DNA of 64,000 nucleotides. Source: an uncultured bacterium. GTDB lineage: Bacteria; CSSED10-310; CAZUFC01. Shown one piece after another: positions 28,680 through 42,483 of the stretch (positions are counted from its first letter, which is position 1; every line of letters begins with the position of its first letter). The notes below the pieces were generated by a model that saw only the letters and a program-made list of their open reading frames with translations, was not told the origin of the DNA and searched no databases. A program made the position numbers and the translations under genes. Location of the stretch: positions 1 through 64,000 of the forward strand of contig CAZUFC010000024.1 of NCBI GenBank assembly GCA_964619725.1. Reading direction: 5' to 3'.

Positions 28680-29753
28680 ATGGCTCTTGTGACAATGCGG
28701 CAATTGTTGGAGACGGGAGTCCATTTCGGTCATCAGACCAAACGATGGAACCCCCGAATGAAACCCTATATTTTTGGGGAACGAAATGGAATCTATATTA
28801 TTGATCTCCAGCAAACCATGCAGAAATTCAAAGCCGCATATAATTTCATCAGGGAAACCTCTGCAAACGGAGGAAATCTTTTATTCATCGGGACAAAAAA
28901 GCAGGCACAGAGCGCCGTACAGGAAGAGGCGTTACGGTGCGGAATGTATTACGTCAATCAGAGATGGTTGGGCGGCATGTTGACCAATTTCACCACTATC
29001 AGGCGATCGGTCAATAAATTGAAGAAGCTCGAAGAGATGAAAAACGAAGGCGGCTATGAAAAGCTGACGAAGAAGGAAGCGATGCGCTTTGAGAAGGAGC
29101 GGTTGAAGCTGGAGCGGAATTTAAGCGGTATAAGGGATATGAATTCGTTGCCTGCCGCCGTGTTTATCATTGATCCTAAAAGAGAGAAAATTGCGGTTAG
29201 AGAAGCCATAAAACTGAATTTGCCTATTGTCGCCATTTTGGACACCAATTGCGATCCTACCGAAATTACCTATCCCATTCCGGGAAATGACGACGCTATA
29301 AGGGCTATTCGACTCATTACTTCAAAAATGGCCGACGCAATACTCGAAGGAAATTCGATTAGACAGAGCCAATTGAGTACGGATGAGGAAATTGAAAAGA
29401 AGAGGCCTGCTGTTTCTGTTTCGGAAAAGGAAGACAGGGAAGCGGCGCAAAAGCCTGGGAAACCTGAAGCGCCTGAAGAAGTGAAAGAGCCTGAACCTGC
29501 AGCGGAACCGGCTGCTGCTGCTGAACAAGCTGAACAAGCGTCGGTAAAAGCTGAAGAGGATGTCGCAGGGGTTCCTGAAGAGGAAAGCTCAGAGGACGTG
29601 GAGGTTAAAGCGGAAGAGCCTGAAGAAGATGTTGAAAATAAAGTAGAGAAAACTGAAGGCGAAGCTGAAGAGCCGGTTGAAATAACGGAAGAAGTCGAAG
29701 CTCCGGCGGCTGAGGAAGAAGAAGAGGATTCTTCAGAAGAAAAAACCGAATAA
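28680..29753 (+). CDS. rpsB: 30S ribosomal protein S2 with long acidic C-terminal tail
   Basis: [19 protein letters not shown]…[10 protein letters not shown]…DTNCDP…[10 protein letters not shown]. Confidence 0.98.
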   Translation: MALVTMRQLLETGVHFGHQTKRWNPRMKPYIFGERNGIYIIDLQQTMQKFKAAYNFIRETSANGGNLLFIGTKKQAQSAVQEEALRCGMYYVNQRWLGGMLTNFTTIRRSVNKLKKLEEMKNEGGYEKLTKKEAMRFEKERLKLERNLSGIRDMNSLPAAVFIIDPKREKIAVREAIKLNLPIVAILDTNCDPTEITYPIPGNDDAIRAIRLITSKMADAILEGNSIRQSQLSTDEEIEKKRPAVSVSEKEDREAAQKPGKPEAPEEVKEPEPAAEPAAAAEQAEQASVKAEEDVAGVPEEESSEDVEVKAEEPEEDVENKVEKTEGEAEEPVEITEEVEAPAAEEEEEDSSEEKTE

Positions 29754-29856
29754 ACCTGAATTCTATCTTCGACTGATTGAAGCAAAGAAGCATTTGACGC
29801 TGAAATTTGTCGTCTGAAAGCAAAGAAGCAACAGGAAAAATAATAAGGAGAAGATA

Positions 29857-30456
29857 ATGGAAATAAATGCGAAAATGGTTAAGGAACTGAGGGAGAAAAC
29901 CGGCATTGGCATAATGAAATGTAAGGAAGCTCTCAAAGAGTCTTCCGGCGATATGGAAAAAGCGATTGAATATTTAAGGAAAAAGGGTCTTTCTGATGCG
30001 TCCAAGCGCATGGGCAGAAGCGTGAAAGAAGGAAAGATCGATGCATACATACATTTCGGCGGCAAGGTCGGCGCTATGGCAGAACTATACTGCGAATCCG
30101 ATTTCGTCGCTAAAACGGAAGACTTCCAGCAATTACTGAAAGACATCCTTATGCAGATAGCCTCTGAAAATCCCTTATACCTGCAACCGGAGGATATACC
30201 GGAAGAAGTGCTTGAGAAAGAAAAGGAAATCTATAAAGCGCAGATGGCGGACAGCGGCAAACCGGACCATATCCTGGATAAAATCGCTGAGGGCAAGTTA
30301 AAGAAGTTTTATCAGCAGGTCTGTTTACTGGATCAACCTTTCATAAAAGATAATGATGTGACTATCCGTGAACTGATCAAGGGCAAAATCGCCAAAATAG
30401 GCGAAAACATCAAGGTCGGTCGATTCGCCCGGTTCAGGATCGGAGAGGAGAGCTGA
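29857..30456 (+). CDS. tsf: Elongation factor Ts (short form)
   Basis: VKELREKTGIGIMKCKEAL…ELYCESDFVA…LLDQPFIKD. Confidence 0.97.
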   Translation: MEINAKMVKELREKTGIGIMKCKEALKESSGDMEKAIEYLRKKGLSDASKRMGRSVKEGKIDAYIHFGGKVGAMAELYCESDFVAKTEDFQQLLKDILMQIASENPLYLQPEDIPEEVLEKEKEIYKAQMADSGKPDHILDKIAEGKLKKFYQQVCLLDQPFIKDNDVTIRELIKGKIAKIGENIKVGRFARFRIGEES

Positions 30457-30462
30457 TACTTT

Positions 30463-31188
30463 GTGAAGAGAAATACCGGACGTTTTAAAAGGATTCTCTT
30501 GAAAATAAGCGGAGAAGCTGTTTTTTCAGAGGGAGCGTCCGGTATTTCTTCTTCGGGTTTTAAATCCCTGATTGAAGAATTAAAACGGTTAGTAGACAGG
30601 CAATATGAGGTAGCCGTGGTTCTGGGCGCCGGCAATATTTTTCGCGGCGCGGAAATGCGACAGGAGGGACTTCTGTCACGTGTTACGGCCGATCAGATCG
30701 GAATGCTCGGAACAGTCATCAACGGATTGGCATTCAGGGATATTCTCAAGCGGTTCGGCATTCCTGCAATTATTCAATCTGCGGTTGAAATAACGGGAAT
30801 AGTCTATCCGATTGATCATTCTGCAGCCGACGATTTTTTGAGTTCCGGCGGGATCGTTTTATTCGTCGGCGGAACCGGGAATCCTTTTTTTTCAACCGAT
30901 ACAGCAGCAGCGGTAAGGGCTCTGGAAATTAACGCGGATGCATTGTTTAAAGCGACTAAAGTCGACGGCGTTTATTCGCACGATCCGGTTGAACGGAAAG
31001 AAGCGGAATTTTATCCGGAGATAACTTGCGACGAATATATAAAAAAGGGCTTAAAAGTCATGGATACTGCCGCCGTAGCGCTTTGCGGGGAAAACAACCT
31101 GCCTGCGGCGATTTTCAATATAAATGTTGAAGGAAGCATTACCCGAATCCTTAATGGAGAAAAAACAGGATCAATCATTACACCGTAA
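30463..31188 (+). CDS. pyrH: UMP kinase
   Basis: RILLKISGEA…GAGNIFRG…GTGNPFFSTDTAA…KVDGVY. Confidence 0.97.
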   Translation: MKRNTGRFKRILLKISGEAVFSEGASGISSSGFKSLIEELKRLVDRQYEVAVVLGAGNIFRGAEMRQEGLLSRVTADQIGMLGTVINGLAFRDILKRFGIPAIIQSAVEITGIVYPIDHSAADDFLSSGGIVLFVGGTGNPFFSTDTAAAVRALEINADALFKATKVDGVYSHDPVERKEAEFYPEITCDEYIKKGLKVMDTAAVALCGENNLPAAIFNINVEGSITRILNGEKTGSIITP

Positions 31189-31199
31189 AGGAGTATCCC

Positions 31200-31757
31200 A
31201 TGTTGAAAGAAATATATGAAGAAATGGAACTCGAAGCGGAAGACACTTTGGAACATATCAAAAGGGAATATAACGGCATCAGAACAGGACGGGCTTCAAC
31301 TTCCCTTCTTGATGCCATAAAGGTGGATTATTACGGTTCATCAATGCCGATCAAGCAGACGGCATCCGTATCAACGCCCGAAAGCAACCTCATAGTGATT
31401 CAGCCCTGGGACGCCTCGATTACTTCTGAAATTGAAAAAGCCATCTTGAAGTCTGATCTGGGCATTACCCCGCAATCAGACGGAAAAATCATTCGACTCG
31501 TTATTCCGCCCTTGACCGAAGAGCGACGTATACAACTGGCGAAACTGGTGAAAAAAATCGCTGAAGAAAGCAGAATTTCTATACGGAACGTCAGAAGAGA
31601 TAAAAATGATGAAATAAAAAAGCTTCTGAAGGATAAGGAAATCAGCGAGGACGATGCTCACAAAGGCTATGATAAAATTCAGGAAATAACCGATGAATAC
31701 ATCAAAAAAGTCGATGAAATGATGGAAAAAAAGGAAAAGGAAGTTCTGGAATCATAA
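31200..31757 (+). CDS. frr: Ribosome recycling factor
   Basis: IRTGRAS…VDYYG…IQPWD…PPLTEERR. Confidence 0.98.
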   Translation: MLKEIYEEMELEAEDTLEHIKREYNGIRTGRASTSLLDAIKVDYYGSSMPIKQTASVSTPESNLIVIQPWDASITSEIEKAILKSDLGITPQSDGKIIRLVIPPLTEERRIQLAKLVKKIAEESRISIRNVRRDKNDEIKKLLKDKEISEDDAHKGYDKIQEITDEYIKKVDEMMEKKEKEVLES

Positions 31758-31934
31758 CTCAGAGGCTTATGATACCTTCAAGGTTGATTTAATTTATGCA
31801 ATCACTGCGGCTGAAAGCATGCTTCATCATTTTTTCTGCAAGCGCTATTATTTTTCTGTATTGGCGCATTGCTTGCGATTGAGCAAGTTCAGGTCGAATG
31901 GCGTTTCTTCGCCGGCAACAAGCGATAAATTTTC

Positions 31935-32693
31935 ATGAGTAAAAAGAACAGGGATTATAATGAATTGGATGCTGAGAATATGCCCGGGCATATCGGCATA
32001 ATCATGGACGGCAACGGCAGATGGGCCAGAAAAAGGGGTATGCCCAGAAAAGCGGGGCATATTGCGGGCGTCAAGACTGTTAAAAAAATAGTTGAGGAGG
32101 CTGTAAGGCTGAAAATCAAATATTTGACGCTTTATACATTCTCCAAGGAGAACTGGAAGCGACCAAGAACGGAAGTTTCAGCGCTGATGAATCTGCTGTA
32201 CGAACAACTGATCAAACAGAAGAAACTCATTTTAGATAACCGGATAAAATTCAAAATACTGGGTGAAACGACCGGTCTGCCGGACAAGGTTCGACAAAAA
32301 ATACAGGAAATGATCGAAACGACGAAAAATTTTGATCGTATGACGTTGAATCTTGCTCTCAATTATGGAAGTCGCCAGGAAATTATGGATGGAATCAAAA
32401 AGCTCTGCCGGGAGTGCCTGGACAGCGGCAGGAATCCTGATGAGTTGAAGGAAGAGTCGTTTTCAGAGTATCTTTATACTTCGGGGCAACCGGACCCTGA
32501 TTTGATCATCAGGACGAGCGGAGAATATCGCATCAGCAATTTTTTATTGTGGCAGGCTGCTTATTCAGAGTTCTATTTTACTTCGACCTACTGGCCGGAT
32601 TTTAATGAAAGGGAATTAAGAAAGGCCATTCAAGATTTTCAGAAACGATTACGCCGGTTCGGGGGCGTTGATTCAAAAGGAAACAAACAATGA
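31935..32693 (+). CDS. uppS: Undecaprenyl diphosphate synthase
   Basis: HIGIIMDGNGRWA…FSKENWKRP…PDLIIRTSGEYRISNFLLWQ. Confidence 0.97.
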   Translation: MSKKNRDYNELDAENMPGHIGIIMDGNGRWARKRGMPRKAGHIAGVKTVKKIVEEAVRLKIKYLTLYTFSKENWKRPRTEVSALMNLLYEQLIKQKKLILDNRIKFKILGETTGLPDKVRQKIQEMIETTKNFDRMTLNLALNYGSRQEIMDGIKKLCRECLDSGRNPDELKEESFSEYLYTSGQPDPDLIIRTSGEYRISNFLLWQAAYSEFYFTSTYWPDFNERELRKAIQDFQKRLRRFGGVDSKGNKQ

Positions 32694-33541
32694 TAAAGCG
32701 CTATTTAACGGCCGCGGTTTTAATTCCTGTTATGGTATATCTTCTGGAATACCGCAGCCCGATATATTTTAATGTTTTTGTTTTTGCAGCAATGATAGCG
32801 GCGTTGATCGAATACGCCGGTATTATGAAAAAAAAATCAGGTACTGTTGATTTCCTGCCGTTAATCACAGCCGGAGCCTTTTCAGCGGGCATTATCACCT
32901 TTGGAGGCGGACCCCATGTAATCGTATCGGGCGTTGCCTGGTTTCTTCCGCTGCTCATCGTTTCTTTCTGGGCCTTGTTTTCACGCCGGGAACCTGAAAA
33001 GAAAATGATTACGATCGCTCATAATTTTTTCCCTTCGGTTTTTATCTGTGTGACGGTCGGGCACATCTGCCTTCTGAGAAAATTGGGCCTGGGCGGAGAT
33101 TTGCTCAACAGGGCAATTGATTACCAGGAATTCAGCCGGGACATTTTATTTTATCTCTTCGCTGTCGTCTGGCTTGCTGACACGGCCGCGTATCATATCG
33201 GGAAAACCTACGGAAAGCATAAACTAGCGCCTGTTCTAAGTCCTAAAAAGACGGTTGAAGGCTTCTTCGCGGGTATCGCCGGAGGAATAATCGTTTCCTT
33301 TGCGTTCAGTTGGTGGCTGGGTATGGAGATAGCCATGATTCACCGGTTGATATTGGGAATTGCTTTACCTTTATTCGGGCTGTTCGGGGATTTGACTGAA
33401 TCAGTTTTTAAAAGAGGAGTCAAAATTAAAGACTCCAGTTCTCTTATTCCCGGTCACGGCGGGATGTTCGACCGTCTCGACAGTGCGTACTTTACGGCTC
33501 CCTTTTTGTATTATTACTGCCGCTTAATTCTTAATGTCTGA
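32690..33541 (+). CDS. cdsA: Phosphatidate cytidylyltransferase
   Basis: DTAAY…SPKKTVEG…GDLTESVFKRGVKIKDSSSLIPGHGGMFDRLDS. Confidence 0.96.
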   Translation: MIKRYLTAAVLIPVMVYLLEYRSPIYFNVFVFAAMIAALIEYAGIMKKKSGTVDFLPLITAGAFSAGIITFGGGPHVIVSGVAWFLPLLIVSFWALFSRREPEKKMITIAHNFFPSVFICVTVGHICLLRKLGLGGDLLNRAIDYQEFSRDILFYLFAVVWLADTAAYHIGKTYGKHKLAPVLSPKKTVEGFFAGIAGGIIVSFAFSWWLGMEIAMIHRLILGIALPLFGLFGDLTESVFKRGVKIKDSSSLIPGHGGMFDRLDSAYFTAPFLYYYCRLILNV

Positions 33542-33558
33542 TATTCAAGGATAGCGTT

Positions 33559-34731
33559 TTGAAAAATTTATGCATTCTTGGCTCCACAGGCTCCATAGGT
33601 CTTAATACGCTGGAAATAGTCAGGAATCATTCCGATCTTTATAATGTTGCGGCTCTTGCCGTTGGCTCCAACATAGCGGAGCTGGAAAAACAGATACGTG
33701 AGTTCCGTCCGGTTATGGCGGCAGTGGGCGACGCGCGGGCTGCCGCTGATTTGAGCAACAGGGTCGACGATTTGCCGGTAAGAATATTTAAAGGAACAGA
33801 CGGTATCGTCGATATGGTGGAGGCATGTGTAGAGGTTGATGTTGTAGTTTCCGCAATAGTGGGAAGCGCGGGGATGTTGCCGACTATAAAGGCTCTGGAA
33901 TGCGACAAAAGGGTTGCTCTGGCCAATAAGGAAACCCTGGTGGCGGCGGGCGAACTGGTCATGAATATTGTCAGAAAACAACAGAAAGGCAATATTATTC
34001 CCGTCGACAGCGAACACAGCGCCGTATTCCAGTGTATTCAGGGAGAAAAATTAAATACGGTCGAAAAAATCATATTGACGGCTTCCGGAGGTCCCTTCAG
34101 CCTGAAATCCGAAGTAAATCTTGAGGATGTGACGCCGGAACAGGCTCTTGAGCATCCCAACTGGGATATGGGTTCCAAAATAACCATTGATTCGGCTACT
34201 CTGATTAACAAGGGACTGGAAATAATTGAAGCGTGCCGTTTATTCGATATGCCCCCCGACAGAATAGAGGCCGTTATACACCCTCAGAGCATAATTCATT
34301 CCATGGCGGCATTTCACGACGGGTCCGTCATAGCTCAGATGGGTCTGCCGGACATGAAGCTCCCCATTTTGTATGCGCTGGCCTATCCGGAAAGAATCAA
34401 AACGGGTTTTAAAAGAATGGACCTGTTTGAAATTTCGAAACTGGAATTTTTCCCGGTCGACAGAAAACGATTTCCGGGGCTGGACCTCTGCATCAGCGCA
34501 GCGGAAACAGGCGGAACGGCTCCGGCAGCGCTCAACGCCGCCGACGAAATAGCCGTGGCCTCATTTCTCAACCGTGAAATCAGATTTATGGATATCCCTG
34601 TCGTGATCGAACATGTTCTGGACAATATTCGGCATTATCCCCTGGAATCGCCGGAACAGGTTCTGGATATCGACAGAGAAGCCAGGCGCAAAGCCGGAGA
34701 AATAATAAAATCATTGAAAATCGACACATGA
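33559..34731 (+). CDS. dxr: 1-deoxy-D-xylulose-5-phosphate reductoisomerase
   Basis: LGSTGSIG…LANKETLV…PVDSEHSA…HPNWDMGSKITIDSAT. Confidence 0.97.
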   Translation: MKNLCILGSTGSIGLNTLEIVRNHSDLYNVAALAVGSNIAELEKQIREFRPVMAAVGDARAAADLSNRVDDLPVRIFKGTDGIVDMVEACVEVDVVVSAIVGSAGMLPTIKALECDKRVALANKETLVAAGELVMNIVRKQQKGNIIPVDSEHSAVFQCIQGEKLNTVEKIILTASGGPFSLKSEVNLEDVTPEQALEHPNWDMGSKITIDSATLINKGLEIIEACRLFDMPPDRIEAVIHPQSIIHSMAAFHDGSVIAQMGLPDMKLPILYALAYPERIKTGFKRMDLFEISKLEFFPVDRKRFPGLDLCISAAETGGTAPAALNAADEIAVASFLNREIRFMDIPVVIEHVLDNIRHYPLESPEQVLDIDREARRKAGEIIKSLKIDT

Positions 34732-34823
34732 GCTCAAAGCGATTGAATCGATACCGGGTGATCTTCGGCCGGGTATGATAAAACAGGAAATATTGCATAA
34801 AAACAGCATTTTGAACGTAAAAT

Positions 34824-35891
34824 ATGGATGCCATAGAGAGAAAAAAGACCAAACCGGTCAAAGTGGGCAATTTACACATCGGTTATCCCTATCCCGTCAT
34901 TGTCCAATCAATGACAAACACGCCCACGGAAGATGTTGAAAAAACGATCGCTCAAATTCATGAACTTCAGAAGGCCGGCTGTGAACTCGTCAGAGTCGCA
35001 GTTCCCACCATGAGAGCAGCGCGCAGCCTGAGTGAGATTATCGCTTCGATCGATATACCTTTGGTTGCAGACATTCATTTCAACTATAAACTGGCGCTGG
35101 AAGCGGTCAGTCAGGGTGTTCATAAATTGCGGCTGAATCCGGGAAACATTGAATCCAAGGAACACGTCAGGGCAGTAGCTGAAGCGGCAAACGACCGTTC
35201 GATTCCTATCAGGATCGGCGTTAATGCCGGATCGCTGCCCCGGGATATCATGGATAAATATGGAGGTCCCGTGCCGGAAGCCATGGTTGAAGCTTTACTC
35301 AGACACGTCAGGTTGCTGGAAGGTATGGAGTTTTTCAATATCGTGGTATCGCTGAAATCATCGGATGTAATAACGACCGTCAGGGCTAACAGGTTGCTGG
35401 CGGAACAATGCCTCTATCCTATTCACCTGGGAATCACAGAAGCCGGACCGCCACAGACCGGCATCGTCAAATCCGCTGTGGGAATCGGGATTCTGCTCCA
35501 TGAAGGAATTGGAGACACCATCAGGGTTTCTTTAACCGGCAATCCCGCAGCAGAATTGCCTGCAGCCTGGGAAATACTTAAAAGCCTGGGTATCAGGCAA
35601 AGAGGTATCGAGCTGATATCATGCCCTACCTGCGGGCGATGCCGTATCGACATGGAATGCGTTATCTCCCGATTACTGAAAAGAATGCCCGCTGAATGCA
35701 GAAATATTAAAGTCGCTGTCATGGGTTGCGTCGTCAACGGCCCGGGGGAAGCCAAAGAAGCCGATGTGGGAATCGCAGGCGGTAAAAATTGCGCTTTTCT
35801 CTTTAAAAAAGGTAAGGTTCTCGGCAAAATCGATGAAAATCAAATCGTTGATGCCCTTATACGCGAAATTGAAAAGATGAATGCCGGATGA
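34824..35891 (+). CDS. ispG: (E)-4-hydroxy-3-methylbut-2-enyl-diphosphate synthase
   Basis: VQSMTNT…ADIHF…RLNPGNI…HLGITEAG…ISCPTCGR…MGCVVNGPGEA. Confidence 0.97.
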   Translation: MDAIERKKTKPVKVGNLHIGYPYPVIVQSMTNTPTEDVEKTIAQIHELQKAGCELVRVAVPTMRAARSLSEIIASIDIPLVADIHFNYKLALEAVSQGVHKLRLNPGNIESKEHVRAVAEAANDRSIPIRIGVNAGSLPRDIMDKYGGPVPEAMVEALLRHVRLLEGMEFFNIVVSLKSSDVITTVRANRLLAEQCLYPIHLGITEAGPPQTGIVKSAVGIGILLHEGIGDTIRVSLTGNPAAELPAAWEILKSLGIRQRGIELISCPTCGRCRIDMECVISRLLKRMPAECRNIKVAVMGCVVNGPGEAKEADVGIAGGKNCAFLFKKGKVLGKIDENQIVDALIREIEKMNAG

Positions 35892-36339
35892 TCAAGAGTT
35901 TCATGCAGTAATTACAGACCTGTTTGAACCGGCTGACTATCACGCCGCTCGTATTTTTATTGGGAACGACAAAAAAAACGGCGCAATACATTCTCCCATT
36001 TACAAAGGCATAGTTTTAGACGCACTCGTTACAAGAATTCAGCCGGGATCGGTATCGAAATAGAAGCAAATAGTGCCGGGAGCTTTACGCAAAAAAAAAA
36101 CGGATGTTTATCAGGCGATGATGAAGCATTTTGGGTTTAATTGCACTGTGAGTAATTGAGTGACAATGCCTTTGCTTTTTTTTGAATATTTTGACACAGT
36201 GCACAATTATCAGTATTTGATGAAGAGATGGCCTTTTATGCGAGGCTGCTTAGCTTTTTTTGAGACTGCTTGCGTTTCATTTATAATATGGTTTTTCGGT
36301 GAAAAAAACGAAAAGTAATATTTTATGACGGAGGAGAGG

Positions 36340-38640
36340 ATGAAAAAATTATCGACGTTTTTTGTTTTTCTAGGCGTATTATTGACTGCCGCATTCGTGC
36401 ATGCGGCAATACCTCAAACGGTTAACTACCAGGGATATCTGACTGATGCCGACGGCCTGGCGCTTAACGGCGCTTTTTCCATGGAATTCCAGATTTATGA
36501 TGCGGAGATTGAGGGAACGCTTCTGTGGTCAGAGCAGCAAACGGAGGTGGCGGTTGATTCCGGATTATTTCATGTGCTGCTGGGTGATGCCGTCCCGATA
36601 GATTTGACGTTTGACGAACCATATTGGCTGGAGATCATAGTGGAAGGCGAACCTTTATATCCCCGGCAAGCGTTGACGAGCGTGGGCCAGGCATTTAAAG
36701 CGGCTGATGCGGATGATGTTTACGGTAGAGACATTAATCCCGGCAGTATCTCCATTGAAGAATACGGACTAGTAATTGACGAAACAGGACAATGGGTAGG
36801 CGATCCCACCGGTTTAACGGGTCCGCAGGGCGACACCGGTCCGACAGGCCCTCAAGGCGACACAGGTCCGATAGGCCCTCAAGGCGAAACCGGCCCGATA
36901 GGTCCCCAAGGCGAAACCGGTCCGGTAGGTTCTCAAGGCGATACCGGCCCGATAGGTCCTCAAGGCGACACCGGTCCGATAGGCCCTCAAGGTGATACCG
37001 GTCCGATAGGTCCCCAAGGCGATACCGGTCCGATAGGCCCTCAAGGCGACACCGGTCCAGTAGGTCCTCAAGGCGACACCGGTCCGATAGGCCCTCAAGG
37101 CGACACCGGTCCGATAGGTCCCCAAGGTGAAACCGGCCCAATGGGCCTCCAGGGTGATACTGGTCCGATTGGTCCCCAAGGCGACACCGGTCCGATAGGT
37201 CCTCAAGGCGATACCGGCCCAATAGGTCCCCAAGGTGACACCGGTCCAATGGGACTTCAGGGTGATACTGGTCCGATTGGTCCCCAAGGCGACACCGGTC
37301 CGATAGGTCCTCAAGGCGATACCGGCCCAATAGGTCCCCAAGGCGATACCGGCCCAATAGGTCTCCAAGGTGAAACCGGCCCAATGGGCCTCCAGGGTGA
37401 AACCGGCCCGATAGGCCCTCAAGGCGAAACCGGCCCAATGGGACTCCAGGGTGAAACCGGCCCGATGGGCCCGCAAGGCGATACGGGTCCTCAAGGTCCG
37501 CAGGGTCCGCCAGGTCCGCAAGGTTTGACGGGTCCGCAGGGTCCCACCGGTCCGCAAGGAATGCAAGGCGACCAGGGACCTATAGGTCCACAGGGGCCGA
37601 CGGGGCCACAAGGCGAACAGGGCCCGACTGGTCCCCAGGGTCCGCAAGGACCGACAGGTCCGGTTGCAGGTTCAGACAATCAAATGATCTACAATGACAA
37701 CGGAAGCGCCGGCGGCGCCGAAATCTATTATGACGACGCGACCGGTAACCTGGGCATAGGGACAAACGATCCCCAAACAGCGCTTCATGTAGAAGGCGTA
37801 ATATATAACCCTGCTAAATCTTTTTCTTTTTATCTGCGTGACGATACGCGTCTGGGACTGCAGTATGAAGGGGCCCAGACGAACGGACAGTTTATCGTCG
37901 ATTGGATTTTTTCCGAAGATTTCATTACCGATACAGGATGTGATCCGTCGGTCGATATTATATGGATGTATAAGAACGGCCATTGGTATGCTTCTGACGG
38001 ACCCGGCGGAGGACCTGACGATATAGGTTCCGGGACCGTCATAGACAACGGCGACACTTTCTATGTGTTTTTATCCTCTTCCAGCAGTTGCTACGGTCTC
38101 ATACACTGGCCTGGTTCTTACAGTCTGGGATACGGATGGCAGGATATTATCGTCAGAGACGTCAGCGCATACGATATTTCAGCCGACGGTAATGTCGGCG
38201 TCGGTTATGCGGCGGGCGGCGGCGCCGAATTAGCCGTTGACGGCAATGTCGCCATCGGAACAAACAGCGCATCCAATCCCATAACTATGGGCGGAGGAGC
38301 CTACTGCACCGGTTCTGCCTGGGTGAATTCCTCCTCCCGGGAATACAAGCAAAATATTCAGGAATTACCTTTAAACAAGGCATTACAGGCATTGCCGGAA
38401 CTAAAACCGGTCACATTCAACTACAAAAATGATCCGGAAGAACAATGGACTGGCTTTATCTCAGAAGAACTGCCGGAACTCGCTCAAGTCCATGAAGGAA
38501 AAGGCGCCAGCGCTCTCGACATCGTCGCCATTCTGACGAGAATCGTGCAGGACCAGCAGAAACGTCTTGAAGAACAACAGGCATTGCTGGAACGACAAAC
38601 GAAAGAAATAGAGGAACTGAAATCCAGGTTGAAACCTTGA
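36340..38640 (+). CDS. Secreted collagen-like trimeric fibre protein with C-terminal peptidase S74 (intramolecular chaperone) domain, paralog 1
   Basis: Signal peptide (VHA-A); [14 protein letters not shown]-terminal domain; 95 G-X-Y triplets; [14 protein letters not shown] beta repeats; SSREYKQNI…GFISEE…coiled coil typical of S74. Confidence 0.9.
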   Translation: MKKLSTFFVFLGVLLTAAFVHAAIPQTVNYQGYLTDADGLALNGAFSMEFQIYDAEIEGTLLWSEQQTEVAVDSGLFHVLLGDAVPIDLTFDEPYWLEIIVEGEPLYPRQALTSVGQAFKAADADDVYGRDINPGSISIEEYGLVIDETGQWVGDPTGLTGPQGDTGPTGPQGDTGPIGPQGETGPIGPQGETGPVGSQGDTGPIGPQGDTGPIGPQGDTGPIGPQGDTGPIGPQGDTGPVGPQGDTGPIGPQGDTGPIGPQGETGPMGLQGDTGPIGPQGDTGPIGPQGDTGPIGPQGDTGPMGLQGDTGPIGPQGDTGPIGPQGDTGPIGPQGDTGPIGLQGETGPMGLQGETGPIGPQGETGPMGLQGETGPMGPQGDTGPQGPQGPPGPQGLTGPQGPTGPQGMQGDQGPIGPQGPTGPQGEQGPTGPQGPQGPTGPVAGSDNQMIYNDNGSAGGAEIYYDDATGNLGIGTNDPQTALHVEGVIYNPAKSFSFYLRDDTRLGLQYEGAQTNGQFIVDWIFSEDFITDTGCDPSVDIIWMYKNGHWYASDGPGGGPDDIGSGTVIDNGDTFYVFLSSSSSCYGLIHWPGSYSLGYGWQDIIVRDVSAYDISADGNVGVGYAAGGGAELAVDGNVAIGTNSASNPITMGGGAYCTGSAWVNSSSREYKQNIQELPLNKALQALPELKPVTFNYKNDPEEQWTGFISEELPELAQVHEGKGASALDIVAILTRIVQDQQKRLEEQQALLERQTKEIEELKSRLKP
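36811..37665 (+). repeat. Collagen-coding 27-bp tandem repeat ([12 protein letters not shown])
   Basis: In-frame 9-aa periodicity, 855 bp. Confidence 0.95.
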
Positions 38641-38791
38641 ATGGAATAAGTCAGCGTCTTTCCGGGAAGTTCATGTAACCGGAATATCCGTTGACGGTCC
38701 GGCGCTTTTTAATGATGGGGAGCTTGCTCAAAAGGCAAGTCATAATATATATCCGAAGAGACAAAAGAAATATTTTATGATGGAGGAAAAG

Positions 38792-40975
<2,184 letters not shown>

Positions 40976-41013
40976 TAAGCTATCTCAAATCATTTCTCTC
41001 TCAAGAAAGGGCC

Positions 41014-42336
41014 TCATACATCTAAATTTTCCAGGAATGCCGGCGTATATTTAAACGCTTTCTTATCCAGAAACTCGATCAAACGGTTCAACCGGTCTGA
41101 TTTTTCAATAACGGCATTATTCCTGTAAAGACACGTTCCCGGCAATATCTGTGCAGGATTGACCTGGGCTATTTTGGGTATGAAAGCTTGGTTGCGGCTT
41201 AAAAATTCGAGGGTTTCACAGAAGTTTTCCTCGCTTTCTCCGGGATAATCCGTTATCAGGCTGATTTCACAGTGCAACCCAGCCTGTTTCAATTTTTTCA
41301 GAAGTCCTGACGCTGTTTCTGAATCGAAGCCCTTGTTCATGAATTTTAACGTTCTGTCGGAGCCGCTTTCGAGTCCTATGAAAACGTTATAACAGCCGCT
41401 TTTTTTCATTTTTTGAAAGAGTTCCAGCGTCATATTCCTTCTAATCATCAACTGACCTTCCCATTTCAGTCGGATATCACGGCGTATTATAAGATCGCAG
41501 AAGCGTTCGAGTTTATCCGGATCGCCGTTTATCAGGGAATCGTGAAAAACAAAGTTTCTCGCATCATATTTTCGTTGCAGTCCCTCTATTTCTTCAATCA
41601 CATTTTCAGGCGTTCGCATACGGAAACGGGAAGAAAGCAGTCGTTCCGAACAAAAAGAACAGCGACGCAGACATCCTCGACTGAAAAGGATCGAAAATGT
41701 TTTCTGTTGCAGATAGTCCGACAAGGGGAAATCAAGGTATTGAGGATAGGGCGCATGATCGAGGTTTTTATGTTCCTGATGAGAAATGAAGCGTTGGTTC
41801 GCCTCTGATTTCAGTATCGCCTCAAGCGGCTTTTCTCCTTCGCCGGCGACGATGTGACTGATATGTTCGTAGGCCGCTAATGCTGATTCACTTTTATAAT
41901 CATTCGCATCGAAAAGTATTTGCGGTCCTCCGGCAATGATCTTTGCATTCCCGTTTTGCCTTTTCAAAGAATCGATTATCCTGAGAGAAGGTTTCCTGTT
42001 AGCGGCATAGATGCTGAAACAATAATGATTCGCATTGAATGCCGTCAATTCGTCTATCATTTCCTTTTTTCTATGTGCTAGTTCGGCCAGCGTCCAGTCG
42101 TAAACCTGCGTCATGGCCGGCTTTTTTGCTGACAGCCATAATTTTTGAATACATTTCGGCGCTTTTTTGAAGAACTCTATGTTCCAGTCGAAAACCTTAT
42201 AAGGAATTCCCGCGCTCAGAAGGGTAGATTCCAGAAAAGCCAGGCCCAATGGCGGACGCTGATGCCAGAAGGGCGGACAGAGAATAAGCGCTGCGGAAGG
42301 GTTCATTTTAAGCAACAAAACTTCCTTATGGTTCAA
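41014..42336 (-). CDS. B12-binding-domain radical SAM protein
   Basis: PPLGLAFL N-terminal region; SRGCLRRCSFC (CxxxCxxC); GLESGS motif. Start may be at MNPSAA (42306). Confidence 0.88.
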   Translation of the reverse strand: MNHKEVLLLKMNPSAALILCPPFWHQRPPLGLAFLESTLLSAGIPYKVFDWNIEFFKKAPKCIQKLWLSAKKPAMTQVYDWTLAELAHRKKEMIDELTAFNANHYCFSIYAANRKPSLRIIDSLKRQNGNAKIIAGGPQILFDANDYKSESALAAYEHISHIVAGEGEKPLEAILKSEANQRFISHQEHKNLDHAPYPQYLDFPLSDYLQQKTFSILFSRGCLRRCSFCSERLLSSRFRMRTPENVIEEIEGLQRKYDARNFVFHDSLINGDPDKLERFCDLIIRRDIRLKWEGQLMIRRNMTLELFQKMKKSGCYNVFIGLESGSDRTLKFMNKGFDSETASGLLKKLKQAGLHCEISLITDYPGESEENFCETLEFLSRNQAFIPKIAQVNPAQILPGTCLYRNNAVIEKSDRLNRLIEFLDKKAFKYTPAFLENLDV

Positions 42337-42483
42337 AAGAAATTTATTTTTTTCAACGCCGGAGTTTAAATAAATCTATTCCTTGCAGCCGGCAGGAATC
42401 ATCGGGGATTATTTTCTTATATGAGCTTCTACGATAGAGTTCAAATTCTCCCTGTTCTGATCAGACGGGTATTTTATCCGTGT

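Noticed and set aside
35881-36063. 60-aa ORF after ispG
   Set aside because: Short, with no recognisable motif; it cannot be supported or excluded from sequence alone.
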